From contig JAFURC010000026.1 of assembly GCA_017472015.1 (NCBI GenBank), forward strand, positions 5,427 to 69,426: a stretch of DNA of 64,000 nt. The letters run 5' to 3'. This document shows positions 51,185 to 61,512 of the stretch, piece after piece. The first letter of the stretch is position 1; each line of letters starts with the position of its first letter. The notes under the pieces were generated by a model. The model worked only from the letters and a program-made list of their open reading frames with translations, was not told where the DNA came from and did not search any database. Both the position numbers and the translations under genes were made by a program. The stretch comes from Bacilli bacterium. GTDB taxonomy: Bacteria > Bacillota_I > Bacilli_A > RF39 > UBA660.

Positions 51185-51622
51185 ATGAAAGTCATATTTT
51201 TGAAAGATGTAAAAGGACAAGGTAAAAAGGGAGAAATAAAAGAAGTAAGTGATGGGTATGCAATGAATTTTTTAATTAAAAAAGGATATGCTTTAAGAAA
51301 AACTGAAGGTAGTCTAAGTAAATTAAAAGAAGAAATTAAAGAAAGTCAAGAACTTGATTTAAAGAATAGAGAAGAAGCTTTAAAATTAAAAGAAAAATTA
51401 GAAAGTCTTACTTTAAATTTTAAAGTTAAAGCATCAAGTAGTCGTATGTTTGGAAGTATTAGTACTAAGCAAATTAAAGAAGAACTTATGAAACTTGGGA
51501 TTAATATTGATAAAAAACAAATTGAAAATACTAGTATTAATTCTTTAGGAATGCATTTAGTTGATGTTGTTTTATATAAAGATATTAAATGTAAATTAAA
51601 AGTTCATACAGAAGGTAATTAA
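51185..51622 (+). CDS. rplI: 50S ribosomal protein L9
   Basis: [33 protein letters not shown]. Confidence 0.98.
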   Translation: MKVIFLKDVKGQGKKGEIKEVSDGYAMNFLIKKGYALRKTEGSLSKLKEEIKESQELDLKNREEALKLKEKLESLTLNFKVKASSSRMFGSISTKQIKEELMKLGINIDKKQIENTSINSLGMHLVDVVLYKDIKCKLKVHTEGN

Positions 51623-51623
51623 G

Positions 51624-52973
51624 ATGTTAAGAAGTGTTCCAAATAGTCTTGAAGCAGAACAAGCTGTTTTAAGTGCAATGTTTTTATCAAGGACTGCTCA
51701 AGATATTGCTTTTGAATCAATTGATGAAAATGCTTTTTATTATGACAACAATAAAAAAATATTTATAACTTTAAAAAGTTTATATGATAGTAACGTTCCA
51801 ATTGATATGACAACGATTACTAATGAACTTCGTAATAAAGGTTATTTAGAAGAAATTGGGGGAGTAATTTATTTAACTGAAGTATTAAATACGGAATCAA
51901 CGGCTGCTAATATTAATTATTATTTAAAAATAGTAAGTGATGATAATTTACTAAGAAGATTAATAGAAGTATCAAATGAAGTTAATCAAATGGGATATAA
52001 TACGGATAAAGATGTATCAGAAACGCTTGATGAAGCAGAAAGAAAGATTCTTAGTATTGTAAAAGATCGCCGGGCAACGGAGTTTCGAAATATAAAAGAT
52101 GTTGTTTATCAAGTACAAAAGAATTTACAAAATTTAGCCGAAACTAAAGGAGATATTACTGGTATTGCGACTGGATGGACGGACTTTGATAAGATGACAT
52201 CAGGTCTACATGAAAATCAATTTATTATAATTGGAGCTCGTCCGGCTATGGGTAAAACTGCGTTTGCACTTAATTTAGCAACGAATGTAGCAACTTCATC
52301 AGGTAAAAGTGTTGCTGTATTTAACTTAGAAATGGGTGCAGAGCAACTTGCTAATCGTATGTTATCTTCACTTGGCCAAATTGAAGGTTATAAGTTTATG
52401 AGTGGTAAATTAAATAATAATGATTATGTGAAATTTAATGAAGCCTTAAGTCAACTTGAAGATACCAATATTTTTATAGATGATACACCAGGCATTACAA
52501 TTGGGGAAATTCGTTCTAAATGCAGGAGGTTAAAAACTTCATCATCAGGACTTGATTTAGTAATAATTGACTACTTGCAATTAATATCAGGTGGTAAGAA
52601 TTATGGTTCTAATCGTCAACAAGAAGTATCTGATATATCGCGTTCTTTAAAAATGCTTGCCATGGAGTTGAAAATTCCAATTATAGCCCTTTGTCAATTA
52701 TCTCGTTCGGTTGAAGCCCGTGAAGATAAACGACCACTTATGAGTGATTTAAGGGAATCCGGATCAATTGAACAAGATGCCGATATCGTGGCTTTCTTAT
52801 ATCGTGATGATTATTATAAAAAAGAAGCAAGAAATGAAAATAACACTAGCATAAGTGAATTAATTGTTGGAAAACATAGAAATGGTACAACTGGAACTAT
52901 CAATTTATTATTTAAACGTGATACTAGTACATTCTTGAATTTCACAAATGAAGGGAGTGAAGTAAGTGAGTAA
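51624..52973 (+). CDS. dnaB: replicative DNA helicase
   Basis: EAEQAVL, GARPAMGKT, DYLQL, DLRESGSIEQDAD, KHRNG. Confidence 0.98.
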   Translation: MLRSVPNSLEAEQAVLSAMFLSRTAQDIAFESIDENAFYYDNNKKIFITLKSLYDSNVPIDMTTITNELRNKGYLEEIGGVIYLTEVLNTESTAANINYYLKIVSDDNLLRRLIEVSNEVNQMGYNTDKDVSETLDEAERKILSIVKDRRATEFRNIKDVVYQVQKNLQNLAETKGDITGIATGWTDFDKMTSGLHENQFIIIGARPAMGKTAFALNLATNVATSSGKSVAVFNLEMGAEQLANRMLSSLGQIEGYKFMSGKLNNNDYVKFNEALSQLEDTNIFIDDTPGITIGEIRSKCRRLKTSSSGLDLVIIDYLQLISGGKNYGSNRQQEVSDISRSLKMLAMELKIPIIALCQLSRSVEAREDKRPLMSDLRESGSIEQDADIVAFLYRDDYYKKEARNENNTSISELIVGKHRNGTTGTINLLFKRDTSTFLNFTNEGSEVSE

Positions 52974-54402
52974 AAAAAATAGTAAATTTCCACTTGTTGG
53001 AGTAATTATATCTTTAGTTTTTGCTTTTCTGATTACATTTTTAATAACAAATGATATCTTTGGAGAACAAAAAAATCCTAGGGAATTATACCGGGTATAT
53101 TTAAAAGGTGAATCAATTGGTTTGATAGAATCCAAAAGTGAATTGTATAACTATATTAACAGGATGCAACAACCTCTAAAAGAAAAATATCATGTTGACA
53201 CGGTTTATATTTCAAATGATATAAGTGTGGTTAAAGATGTAGCTTACAATGAAAATATAACAAGTATTAATAATATTTATGATATCATAAATGAAAAATC
53301 ATCTTTTACTATTAAAGGGTATACGGTCACTATCGATAAAACTAATACTACTGATTATGTTGATGATGCTCAGGTTGAAAGTGATGAAAAAGATGATAAT
53401 AATGAACCTAAAATATTATTTTTAAATATTTTAGATAAAACAATGTTTGAAAATGCTCTTAAAAAGACAATTTTATCTGTTGTAACGGAAGAAGAATATA
53501 AAAATTTTGTTAATGGAACTCAAAAAAATATTGTTACGACAGGTGAAGTTATTGAAGACTTGTATATTCGAGATGTGATAACCATTAAAGAAGCCTATTT
53601 ACCAGTTAATGAAAAGATTTATACAAGTGAAGAAGAATTAATAGACCATTTAATTTATTATTTAGACGTGATACTAGTACATTCTTAAATTTTACAAATA
53701 AAAGGAGTGAAGTAAGTGAGTAAAAAAAATAATAATTTTCCAATTGTTGGAGTAATTATATCTTTGGTTGTTGCATTTGTAATTACATTTTTAGGAACCA
53801 ATGATGTCTTTGGAGAACAAAAAATACCTATGGAATCCTACCGAGTTTATTTAAAAGGTGAATCAATTGGTTTAATTAAATCTGAAAGTGAATTATACGA
53901 TTATATTAATAAAATGCAACAATCTTTAAAAGAAAAATATAATGTTGATAATGTTTATATTCCAAATGATATTAATGTTGTTAAAGATGTAACTTATGAA
54001 GAAAATTTAACAACTATTAGTAATATCTATAATATTATAAATGAAAAATCACCTTTTACTATTAAAGGGTATATGGTAACAATTGATAAAACGAATACAA
54101 CAAACTATGTTGATGATGCTCAAGTTGAAAGTGATGAAAAAGATGATAGTAATGAACCTAAAATATTATTTTTAAATATTTTAGACAAAGAAATGTTTGA
54201 AAATGCGGTTAAAAAAACAATTTTATCTTTTGTAACTGAAGAAGAATATGAAAATTTTATTAATGAAACGCAAAAAAGTATTGTTACAACTGGCGAAATT
54301 ATAGAAGATTTGTATGTTGAAGATGTTGTAACTATCAAGGAAGCCTATTTACCAGTTAATGAAAAAATTTATACAAGTGAAGAAGAATTAACGGCTCATT
54401 TA
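52903..54402 (+). repeat. diverged 750-bp tandem duplication (52903-53652 / 53653-54402)
   Basis: both units start with dnaB 3' sequence ATTTATTATTTA(A/G)ACGTGATACTAGTACATTCTT and continue into the M23 gene 5' part. Confidence 0.92.
52966..53688 (+). CDS. truncated paralog of the M23 protein N-terminal region (TM plus uncharacterised domain only)
   Basis: about 80% aa identity by eye to the first 225 aa of 53716-55242, no indels. Confidence 0.8.
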   Translation: MSKKNSKFPLVGVIISLVFAFLITFLITNDIFGEQKNPRELYRVYLKGESIGLIESKSELYNYINRMQQPLKEKYHVDTVYISNDISVVKDVAYNENITSINNIYDIINEKSSFTIKGYTVTIDKTNTTDYVDDAQVESDEKDDNNEPKILFLNILDKTMFENALKKTILSVVTEEEYKNFVNGTQKNIVTTGEVIEDLYIRDVITIKEAYLPVNEKIYTSEEELIDHLIYYLDVILVHS

Positions 54403-55242
54403 TTATTTGGTAGCGAACAAAATATGTCATCTTATAGAGTAAAAAAAGGTGATACTTTAAATGAAGTTGCGGAAGCTAATAAAATGAATGTTAACGAAAT
54501 TTTAATAGCTAATTCTAATTTAAGAACAAGCAATGCTTTACTTTATGAAGGTCAAGAATTAACTATAGGAGTCTTGGATCCTGTATTTACAACAGTTGAA
54601 GAAAAACACGTGGTTGCTGATCAAACAATTGCTTATAAAACCGAATATGTTTATGATAATACTAAACTAGTTGGTTATCAGGCAGTTCAAACTCAAGGTA
54701 GCAATGGAATTACGAGAATTACTCAAAAGATAAAAAGTGTTAATGGTGAAATTGTAACAGCTTTAATTTCTAGTCAAGAAGAAATTAAACCAGTTGTTAA
54801 TGAAGTAATTGTTAAAGGTGGAAGAAAACCAGTAATAGCAACAGCCGGAAACTGGACTTGGCCAACAAATATTCCATATATTATATCAAGTCACTATGGT
54901 TGGCGATGGGGAACCCTTCATCGTGGTCTTGATATATCAGGAACTGGATATGGTTCACCTATATATGCTGCTAAACCCGGTGTTGTAACTGAAGTTAATT
55001 ATCATTATTTATCAGGAAATTATGTGGTTATAAATCACCAAAATGGTTATTATACAAGATATGCTCACATGTCAAGATTATCACCTTATGTAAAAGTCGG
55101 GGATTATGTTACAGCTGGTCAAACAATAGGAGATATGGGAAGTAGTGGTCGTTCAAATGGAACTCACTTACACTTTGAACTTTGGTACGGAAAACCTTAT
55201 GCTTCTGGAAGTCAATGCTATAACCCATTATTATTCTACTAA
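53716..55242 (+). CDS. membrane-anchored LysM-G5-M23 peptidoglycan endopeptidase
   Basis: YRVKKGDTL LysM, G5 region, HRGLD and HLHFE M23 zinc motifs. Confidence 0.93.
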   Translation: MSKKNNNFPIVGVIISLVVAFVITFLGTNDVFGEQKIPMESYRVYLKGESIGLIKSESELYDYINKMQQSLKEKYNVDNVYIPNDINVVKDVTYEENLTTISNIYNIINEKSPFTIKGYMVTIDKTNTTNYVDDAQVESDEKDDSNEPKILFLNILDKEMFENAVKKTILSFVTEEEYENFINETQKSIVTTGEIIEDLYVEDVVTIKEAYLPVNEKIYTSEEELTAHLLFGSEQNMSSYRVKKGDTLNEVAEANKMNVNEILIANSNLRTSNALLYEGQELTIGVLDPVFTTVEEKHVVADQTIAYKTEYVYDNTKLVGYQAVQTQGSNGITRITQKIKSVNGEIVTALISSQEEIKPVVNEVIVKGGRKPVIATAGNWTWPTNIPYIISSHYGWRWGTLHRGLDISGTGYGSPIYAAKPGVVTEVNYHYLSGNYVVINHQNGYYTRYAHMSRLSPYVKVGDYVTAGQTIGDMGSSGRSNGTHLHFELWYGKPYASGSQCYNPLLFY

Positions 55243-55991
55243 TGGAAATAATTATTCTTGGAAGTGGTTCAAAAGGAAATTCCACATTAGTTATTACAAA
55301 GACTAAGAAGTTTTTAATTGATGTTGGTTTTTCCTTACCTAAAACCAAAATGATTTTAGAAAAACATAATTTAACTATCGATGATATAGATTTTATTCTT
55401 TTGACCCATAATCATAAAGATCATACAATAGGTCTTGCTTCTTTAACTAAGAAAACTGAAAAATTTCTTTATGTTCCAAAAGATATGTATAAGGAAATCA
55501 AAAAAATAGTTGAACCAGATTATATTATTCCCGTTTTAGAAGATGATATTTATTTAGATGATTTACATATAAAATTTTTACATACTTCACATGATGCGGT
55601 TAGTCCTGTTGGTTTTTTAATCGAAGAAGAAACATCTTTAATTTATATGACTGATACAGGTTATATAAGTAGAAAGAACTTGAAACAAATGCATAACAAG
55701 GATTTATATATAATTGAAAGTAATCATGATCCTAAAATGTTAATGGATGGACCTTATCCTTATGTTTTAAAACAAAGAGTTATTAGTGATACAGGTCACT
55801 TATCTAATGAAATGACTGGAAATTATTTAAAAGACTTAATCGGTGATAATACAAAAAAAATAATTCTTGCTCATTTAAGTGAAACAAATAATTTAGAAGA
55901 ATTAGCAATTGAAACTGTTTCTTCCTTAATTGATTCAAGAGTTCCTGTAATTGCAGCAAGACAAGAAAGTGAGTTAGTGATAACTATATGA
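55242..55991 (+). CDS. walJ: MBL-fold hydrolase YycJ/WalJ family
   Basis: LGSGSKGN, THNHKDH, SHDA, TDTG, ESNHD, GHLSN, LAHLS. Confidence 0.85.
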   Translation: MEIIILGSGSKGNSTLVITKTKKFLIDVGFSLPKTKMILEKHNLTIDDIDFILLTHNHKDHTIGLASLTKKTEKFLYVPKDMYKEIKKIVEPDYIIPVLEDDIYLDDLHIKFLHTSHDAVSPVGFLIEEETSLIYMTDTGYISRKNLKQMHNKDLYIIESNHDPKMLMDGPYPYVLKQRVISDTGHLSNEMTGNYLKDLIGDNTKKIILAHLSETNNLEELAIETVSSLIDSRVPVIAARQESELVITI

Positions 55992-56440
55992 TAAAAATAA
56001 TTTGTATTGGAAAAATTAAAGAAAACTATTTAAGAGAGGCTATTTTAGAATATACAAAAAGAATTAGTAAATATACTAAATTAGAAATAGTTGAATTACC
56101 AGATTATGACTATGATATTAAAAAGACTTTAGAAGTTGAGAAAGATAATATTTTAAAAGTGATTAAACCAAGTGATTATAATATTTTAATGGATTTAAAT
56201 GGTAAAAATCTTGATAGTTTAGAATTTTCTCATAATTTAGATAAAATTCGTTCTATGAATAGTAATATTAACTTTATAATTGGTGGTTCTTATGGAGTAC
56301 ACGAGGAAATAAAAAATAAATGCCAAGAAAAAATATCATTTTCTCGTCTTACATTTCCTCATCAATTATTTCGTGTAATTCTTTTAGAACAAATCTATAG
56401 AAGTTTTAAAATTTTAAATAATGAAGAATATCATAAATAA
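55988..56440 (+). CDS. rlmH: 23S rRNA pseudouridine1915 N3-methyltransferase
   Basis: GKIKE, FIIGGSYG, TFPHQL.R..LLEQIYR, YHK. Confidence 0.97.
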   Translation: MIKIICIGKIKENYLREAILEYTKRISKYTKLEIVELPDYDYDIKKTLEVEKDNILKVIKPSDYNILMDLNGKNLDSLEFSHNLDKIRSMNSNINFIIGGSYGVHEEIKNKCQEKISFSRLTFPHQLFRVILLEQIYRSFKILNNEEYHK

Positions 56441-56451
56441 AAACTTAGAAA

Positions 56452-57672
56452 TTAATCTAAGTCTTTTTTATAATATTTTTTATATTTTTTAAATTGATTG
56501 ATATTTCTCATGATTAGGTAAAAATTTCTTTTAAAACTTTTATCTTCTTTATAAAATAAGGAATGACAAACTTTTCCTTCTTTAATTAGTTTTTTAACTA
56601 AAGCAAGTTTTTCTTTATCTTCAACATAGTCAAGTACTATTTTTTTAGGAATAACATGCCAAAAATAAGGTTCTTTAACAAGTAATAAATCTTTTTCAAT
56701 GTTATTAATATAAGAATCAACTATATATTTAGCAACATTATAACCACTTCCGGTATTTCTATAATGACTTCTTCCTTGACGAATATTAATTTCAAATATT
56801 TTAATCTTATTATCTCTTTCATCATATTTTAAGTCACAGTCACACCAACCTTCATAGCCGATTGATTCAAGTAAGTTTTTAATTTTTAACATTAACTCTT
56901 CATTATAAACTGTAATAGTAGCGGCATTTGAACCAAGTCCTTTAGGAGTGTGCTCTTCAAGTAGGACATTACCTAAATTCATATATTCAACTTTTTTACT
57001 TTTTCCAACAAAGACATGCAAATCATACATTTTATTATCATATCCAGGGATTCTATCTTGAATAATCATATTCCCAAGATATCCAGCATCATATATTTTC
57101 TTTAAAGTCTCATCAAGTTCTTCTTTAGAATTAATAGTATAAACCTTATATTGACCAGGAAAACTGGCTTTAAAATAAAGAACACTATCAGATGGTTTTA
57201 AAATAACAGGGTAATCAAAATCAAGTTTAAAATCTAAACTATCGCCTTTTTTATAAATATGGGTTTTCGGATAATCAATATTATTCTTTTCGCATAGTTC
57301 ATAAAAAGTTTCTTTTAAAACTATTTTATTTAAAGTTTCTAAGTTAGTATAAGGTAAGATAAACTTATCTTTTAATTTATCTTTATTCGTAACAATTAAA
57401 CGAACATAATGATCAGCGCATCCTATTAAAATTAGTTTTTTCTTTTTGGTTTTTAATTCTTTATAAAGATTATTCATGGTTTTTAAGAAAACTTGATTTT
57501 CGTCTAAATCTTTAACTTCACGGTATTCAATTATTTTAGAATGATTAATAATTCCTGATGTATTTCTAGCTAACACGATTGATTTAACTTTATATTCTTC
57601 ATGAAAAGCCCTTGCCATACTATAAACATTTATATCACTGGCTAAAAGTATTGGAATAAATTCTTCTTTCAT
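56452..57672 (-). CDS. ATP-grasp carboxylate-amine ligase, D-aspartate ligase (Asl/YxbA-like) family
   Basis: DINVYSMARAFHE.Y, YPVILKP, IIQ..IPG.D, FEIN.RQGRS. Confidence 0.8.
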   Translation of the reverse strand: MKEEFIPILLASDINVYSMARAFHEEYKVKSIVLARNTSGIINHSKIIEYREVKDLDENQVFLKTMNNLYKELKTKKKKLILIGCADHYVRLIVTNKDKLKDKFILPYTNLETLNKIVLKETFYELCEKNNIDYPKTHIYKKGDSLDFKLDFDYPVILKPSDSVLYFKASFPGQYKVYTINSKEELDETLKKIYDAGYLGNMIIQDRIPGYDNKMYDLHVFVGKSKKVEYMNLGNVLLEEHTPKGLGSNAATITVYNEELMLKIKNLLESIGYEGWCDCDLKYDERDNKIKIFEINIRQGRSHYRNTGSGYNVAKYIVDSYINNIEKDLLLVKEPYFWHVIPKKIVLDYVEDKEKLALVKKLIKEGKVCHSLFYKEDKSFKRNFYLIMRNINQFKKYKKYYKKDLD

Positions 57673-57837
57673 ATTTCCTCCATTCAAGTATAATTATACC
57701 ATTAAAATAGAAGATTACTATTACAAAATTTGACTTTTTACTCTTTTTATGTTAATATAGCCGGCATAAAAGGGGATATGGTTAAAATTTTAAATTTAAT
57801 ATTTTGTTTTAATTATATTTATTAGGGGGAAATAGTG

Positions 57838-58917
57838 ATGAAAAATTTAATAACTAGAATTATTATGTTAACTTTTTTATTAATTTTAAGTTTATTTATT
57901 GTTATTAAAGATAAAAATACAGAAGATAGTTTTATAAAGAAGACTGAGGTAGAAGTTAATTCAACTACTAACTTGTATTCATTGTTAAATAAATCTAGTA
58001 ATGTCATGACCGATGATTATTTAATTGATACAACAGAACTTGGTAAAAAGAATATAGTTGTTTTAACAAAAACAGGTGATGAAGAAATAAATCATGAATT
58101 TATAGTTTCAGTAGTTGATACGGAAAAACCAATTATCTTAGGTAATAAAGAGATTAAAACTAAAGTAAATGAAGAGATTGATTTATTAAAAAATGTTTTT
58201 GTATCCGATAATTATGATAAAAATTTAGAAGTTAAAATAATTGGAGAATATGACTTTAAAACGGTTGGTACTTATAATTTAAAATACTATGTTAAAGATT
58301 CATCTAATAATGAAACTTATAGTAATTTTTCTTTAATAGTTGATAATAATGATGAGAAGTATTATATTACAAGTAAAGGTTATAAACTTTTAATAAAAGA
58401 TGGAGTATCATCTATTGATAATATCATAATTGCTAATAAATCTTATACTTTATCAAGTAATTATGGAAATGGTTTAACAAGTGATACCATAAATAACTTT
58501 AATAAAATGAAAAATGATGCTAGTAAAGAAGGATTAAATCTATATATAAAAAGTGGTTATCGATCTTATTATGATCAAGTAATCGTTTATAATAACTGGG
58601 TTAAAAGAGATGGGATAGAATTAGCGGATACTTATTCGGCAAGAGCAGGACATTCCGAACATCAAACAGGTTTAGCAATAGATTTAAATTTAATTAATAA
58701 TTCTTTTAAAAATACAAATGAATTTAATTGGTTAAATCAAAATGCTTATAAATATGGATTTATCTTAAGATATCCAGAAAATAAACAAGATATAACTGGT
58801 TACATTTATGAACCATGGCATTATAGATATGTAGGGGTAGAGTTAGCCGAAAAGTTATATAATAATGGTAATTGGATAACGATGGAAGAATATTTTGGGA
58901 TAGATAGTAAGTATTAA
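57838..58917 (+). CDS. M15B D-Ala-D-Ala/LD-carboxypeptidase with Ig-like stalk
   Basis: TM, DTEKP Ig-like domain, SGYRSY, SARAGHSEHQTGLA.D, YEPWHYRYVG. Confidence 0.9.
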   Translation: MKNLITRIIMLTFLLILSLFIVIKDKNTEDSFIKKTEVEVNSTTNLYSLLNKSSNVMTDDYLIDTTELGKKNIVVLTKTGDEEINHEFIVSVVDTEKPIILGNKEIKTKVNEEIDLLKNVFVSDNYDKNLEVKIIGEYDFKTVGTYNLKYYVKDSSNNETYSNFSLIVDNNDEKYYITSKGYKLLIKDGVSSIDNIIIANKSYTLSSNYGNGLTSDTINNFNKMKNDASKEGLNLYIKSGYRSYYDQVIVYNNWVKRDGIELADTYSARAGHSEHQTGLAIDLNLINNSFKNTNEFNWLNQNAYKYGFILRYPENKQDITGYIYEPWHYRYVGVELAEKLYNNGNWITMEEYFGIDSKY

Positions 58918-59063
58918 ATAATTTGAAAATCATATTTTTTATAAATTAACAAAAGACTATTGTTTATTAAATGAATTTATAGTATATTTGTTTTGGTGGT
59001 AGTAAATATAATAAGTTAGGTAACTTTTATATTTACTATTTTTTATTTAATGAAGGTATTTTT

Positions 59064-59963
59064 ATGAATGAAGTAATAGAAAAAGAAGATATTAAAATTG
59101 AAGATATGATTTATGAAAATAGAGGTATTCAAGTAATGTTAGATTCTGATTTAGCAAAACTTTATAATATTCCAACTAAAAGAATTAACGAGGCAGTTAA
59201 AAATAATCCTAAAAAATTTCCTGATAAATTTTCGTGGAAATTAACGCAAGAAGAAAGTAAGAATTTTTTAGTCGAAAATTTCGACCAAAAAAATATAGAA
59301 ACTCGAGGTGGAAGATATAAAAATCCTAGAGTATTTACAGAACATGGTGTTGCAATGTTAGCTACAATTTTAAAATCAGATATTGCTATTGAAATTAGTA
59401 TTAAAATTATTGAGGCATTTGTTGATATGAGACATTATATTAATGATAATACTGTTTATTTAACTTTAAATAATATTAATAATAAAATGATTTCGTATGA
59501 TAATAAATTAATGGAATATGATGATAAATTTAATTATTTATTTTCAAAATTTGATAAGAAAGAGCAATTGTTTTTACAAGGAAGAATATATGATGCATAT
59601 TCAAATTTCATAAATATTTTTGAAGAAGCAGTAGAAGAATTGATTGTTATAGATTCTTATGCTGATATTAGTTTTTTGGATTTAATTAGAAATTTAAATT
59701 GTAATGTAATTTTAATTACTAAAAACAGTGATCGATTAAGTAATTTAGAGATTACTAAATATAGTAGTCAATATAATAATTTAAAAGTTATTAGAGATAA
59801 TTCTTTTCATGATAGATATTTTGTTATAGATAGAAAAACAATATATCATTCTGGTGCTTCTATAAATAATGCCGGAAATAAGACTTTTTCAATAAATAAG
59901 TTGGAAGATGAATTCTTGAAAAGAAGTTTATTAAATAATATTTTAAGCATGATTGAAAAATAA
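59064..59963 (+). CDS. ORF6N domain protein with C-terminal PLD-like (HDR) domain
   Basis: RG.QVMLDSDLA.LY, .AVK.N..KFP, VFTEHGVAMLA..L; HDRYFVID...GASI...G. Confidence 0.85.
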   Translation: MNEVIEKEDIKIEDMIYENRGIQVMLDSDLAKLYNIPTKRINEAVKNNPKKFPDKFSWKLTQEESKNFLVENFDQKNIETRGGRYKNPRVFTEHGVAMLATILKSDIAIEISIKIIEAFVDMRHYINDNTVYLTLNNINNKMISYDNKLMEYDDKFNYLFSKFDKKEQLFLQGRIYDAYSNFINIFEEAVEELIVIDSYADISFLDLIRNLNCNVILITKNSDRLSNLEITKYSSQYNNLKVIRDNSFHDRYFVIDRKTIYHSGASINNAGNKTFSINKLEDEFLKRSLLNNILSMIEK

Positions 59964-60198
59964 TTTTACCATAAGTATTTTATGAAAAACTTATTTATTT
60001 AGATTTAAAAAATTAATTAAAAAAACTTAATTTTTACTGAATTTGCAGTTGAATTATGTTAGAAATTTAATTTTATAAAGTAAATATGATGAATATAAAT
60101 TTTACAAAATTCTTCTTTTTATAACATATTTAATGTGTTATACTGAAATGGTAATAGACTAAAAATAAAATTCGTACATATAAATAAGTGGAGGAATT

Positions 60199-61512
60199 AT
60201 GAGTGAAATTAATAATTTATTATGGAGTATAGCAACTATTTTATTACTAGGATCAGGTATTTATTTTTCATATAAATTAGATTTTTTACATTTAAATTTT
60301 AAAAGAATATTTAAAAGTTTTATGGATAGTAGTAAAGAAAAAAATGGTATATCCCCATTTCAATCTTTAGCAGTTGCTCTTGGTGGTTGTATTGGAGTAG
60401 GATCACTTGCAGGAATTGCTCTGGCGATTTATAAAGGAGGAGTAGGAACAATCTTTTGGATTTGGTTATCATGTCTTTTAGTGGTTCCTAATTCATTAGT
60501 TGAAAATACTTTGGCTATAATTTATCAAAAAAAAATAAAAAATGAATATATAGGAGGACCATCTTATTATATAAAAAATGGTTTAGGTTATAAAAAATTA
60601 TCTTTATTTTATGCTCTTTTAGTAACTTTTACTTATATATTTGGTTATTTAACGATTCAATCAAATACAATTGCTAAGTCTTTTACTAATGTTTTTCAAA
60701 TTCCATCTATTGTAATAGGTTTAATAGTTGGAATACTTTCTTTTTTAATTATTCGAAAAGGAATTAAAGGAATTGCTAAGTTTTCATCTGTTTTAGTACC
60801 TTTAATGGGTTTTGTTTATTTATTAGTTGCTATGTTAATAGTCTTTAAAAATTTAAATATGTTACCTAGTCTATTAATTTCGATTTTTAAAGAAGCCTTT
60901 AATTTTTCATCATTTGGATGGGGATTATTTTCAGTTATACTAATAGGTATTCAAAGAGGGATATTTTCAAGTGAAGCCGGGACTGGAACAGCTGCTATTG
61001 CTAGTGGAAGTTCTAATATTGATAGTCCTATAAAACAAGGATTAATTCAAACCTTAGGAATTTATTTTATAACTTTTATAATATGTACATCAACTGCTTT
61101 TATTATTTTAATGAGTGATTATAGTCCTTTAAATTATACTGATGTTAATGGAATTGAAATAACTCAAAATGCTTTAAGATATCATTTTGGTGATATTGGT
61201 AATATTATTCTTTATTTTTGTATAATTGCATTTTCCTTTTCAACAATTGTTTCAGGTTACTTTTATGGAGAAACTAATATGAAGTTTATCTTTAAGAAGA
61301 TGAATCAAAGATATGTTTTAATTCTTCAAATAGTAACTTGTCTTTTACTGATAATTTCAAGTGTTGTAAGTCCAACTTTTCTTTGGAACTTTGTTGATAT
61401 TTTAACAGCTTTACTTGTCATTATAAATGTATTTAGTATTTTCTCTTTAAGAAAAGATGTTATAATAGAATATATATCGTTTAAAAGGAAGTGTAATAAT
61501 GATCGGAAATGA
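60199..61512 (+). CDS. alanine/glycine:cation symporter (AGCS)
   Basis: ISPFQSL, G.GS.AG.A.AI..GG, GGP.YY, RGIFS.EAG.G. Confidence 0.9.
   Translation: MSEINNLLWSIATILLLGSGIYFSYKLDFLHLNFKRIFKSFMDSSKEKNGISPFQSLAVALGGCIGVGSLAGIALAIYKGGVGTIFWIWLSCLLVVPNSLVENTLAIIYQKKIKNEYIGGPSYYIKNGLGYKKLSLFYALLVTFTYIFGYLTIQSNTIAKSFTNVFQIPSIVIGLIVGILSFLIIRKGIKGIAKFSSVLVPLMGFVYLLVAMLIVFKNLNMLPSLLISIFKEAFNFSSFGWGLFSVILIGIQRGIFSSEAGTGTAAIASGSSNIDSPIKQGLIQTLGIYFITFIICTSTAFIILMSDYSPLNYTDVNGIEITQNALRYHFGDIGNIILYFCIIAFSFSTIVSGYFYGETNMKFIFKKMNQRYVLILQIVTCLLLIISSVVSPTFLWNFVDILTALLVIINVFSIFSLRKDVIIEYISFKRKCNNDRK

Noticed and set aside
56423-56440. SCC-like attB GAAGAATATCATAAATAA at the rlmH 3' end
   Set aside because: Explained by the conserved EEYHK* terminus; I saw no second copy or recombinase in the window
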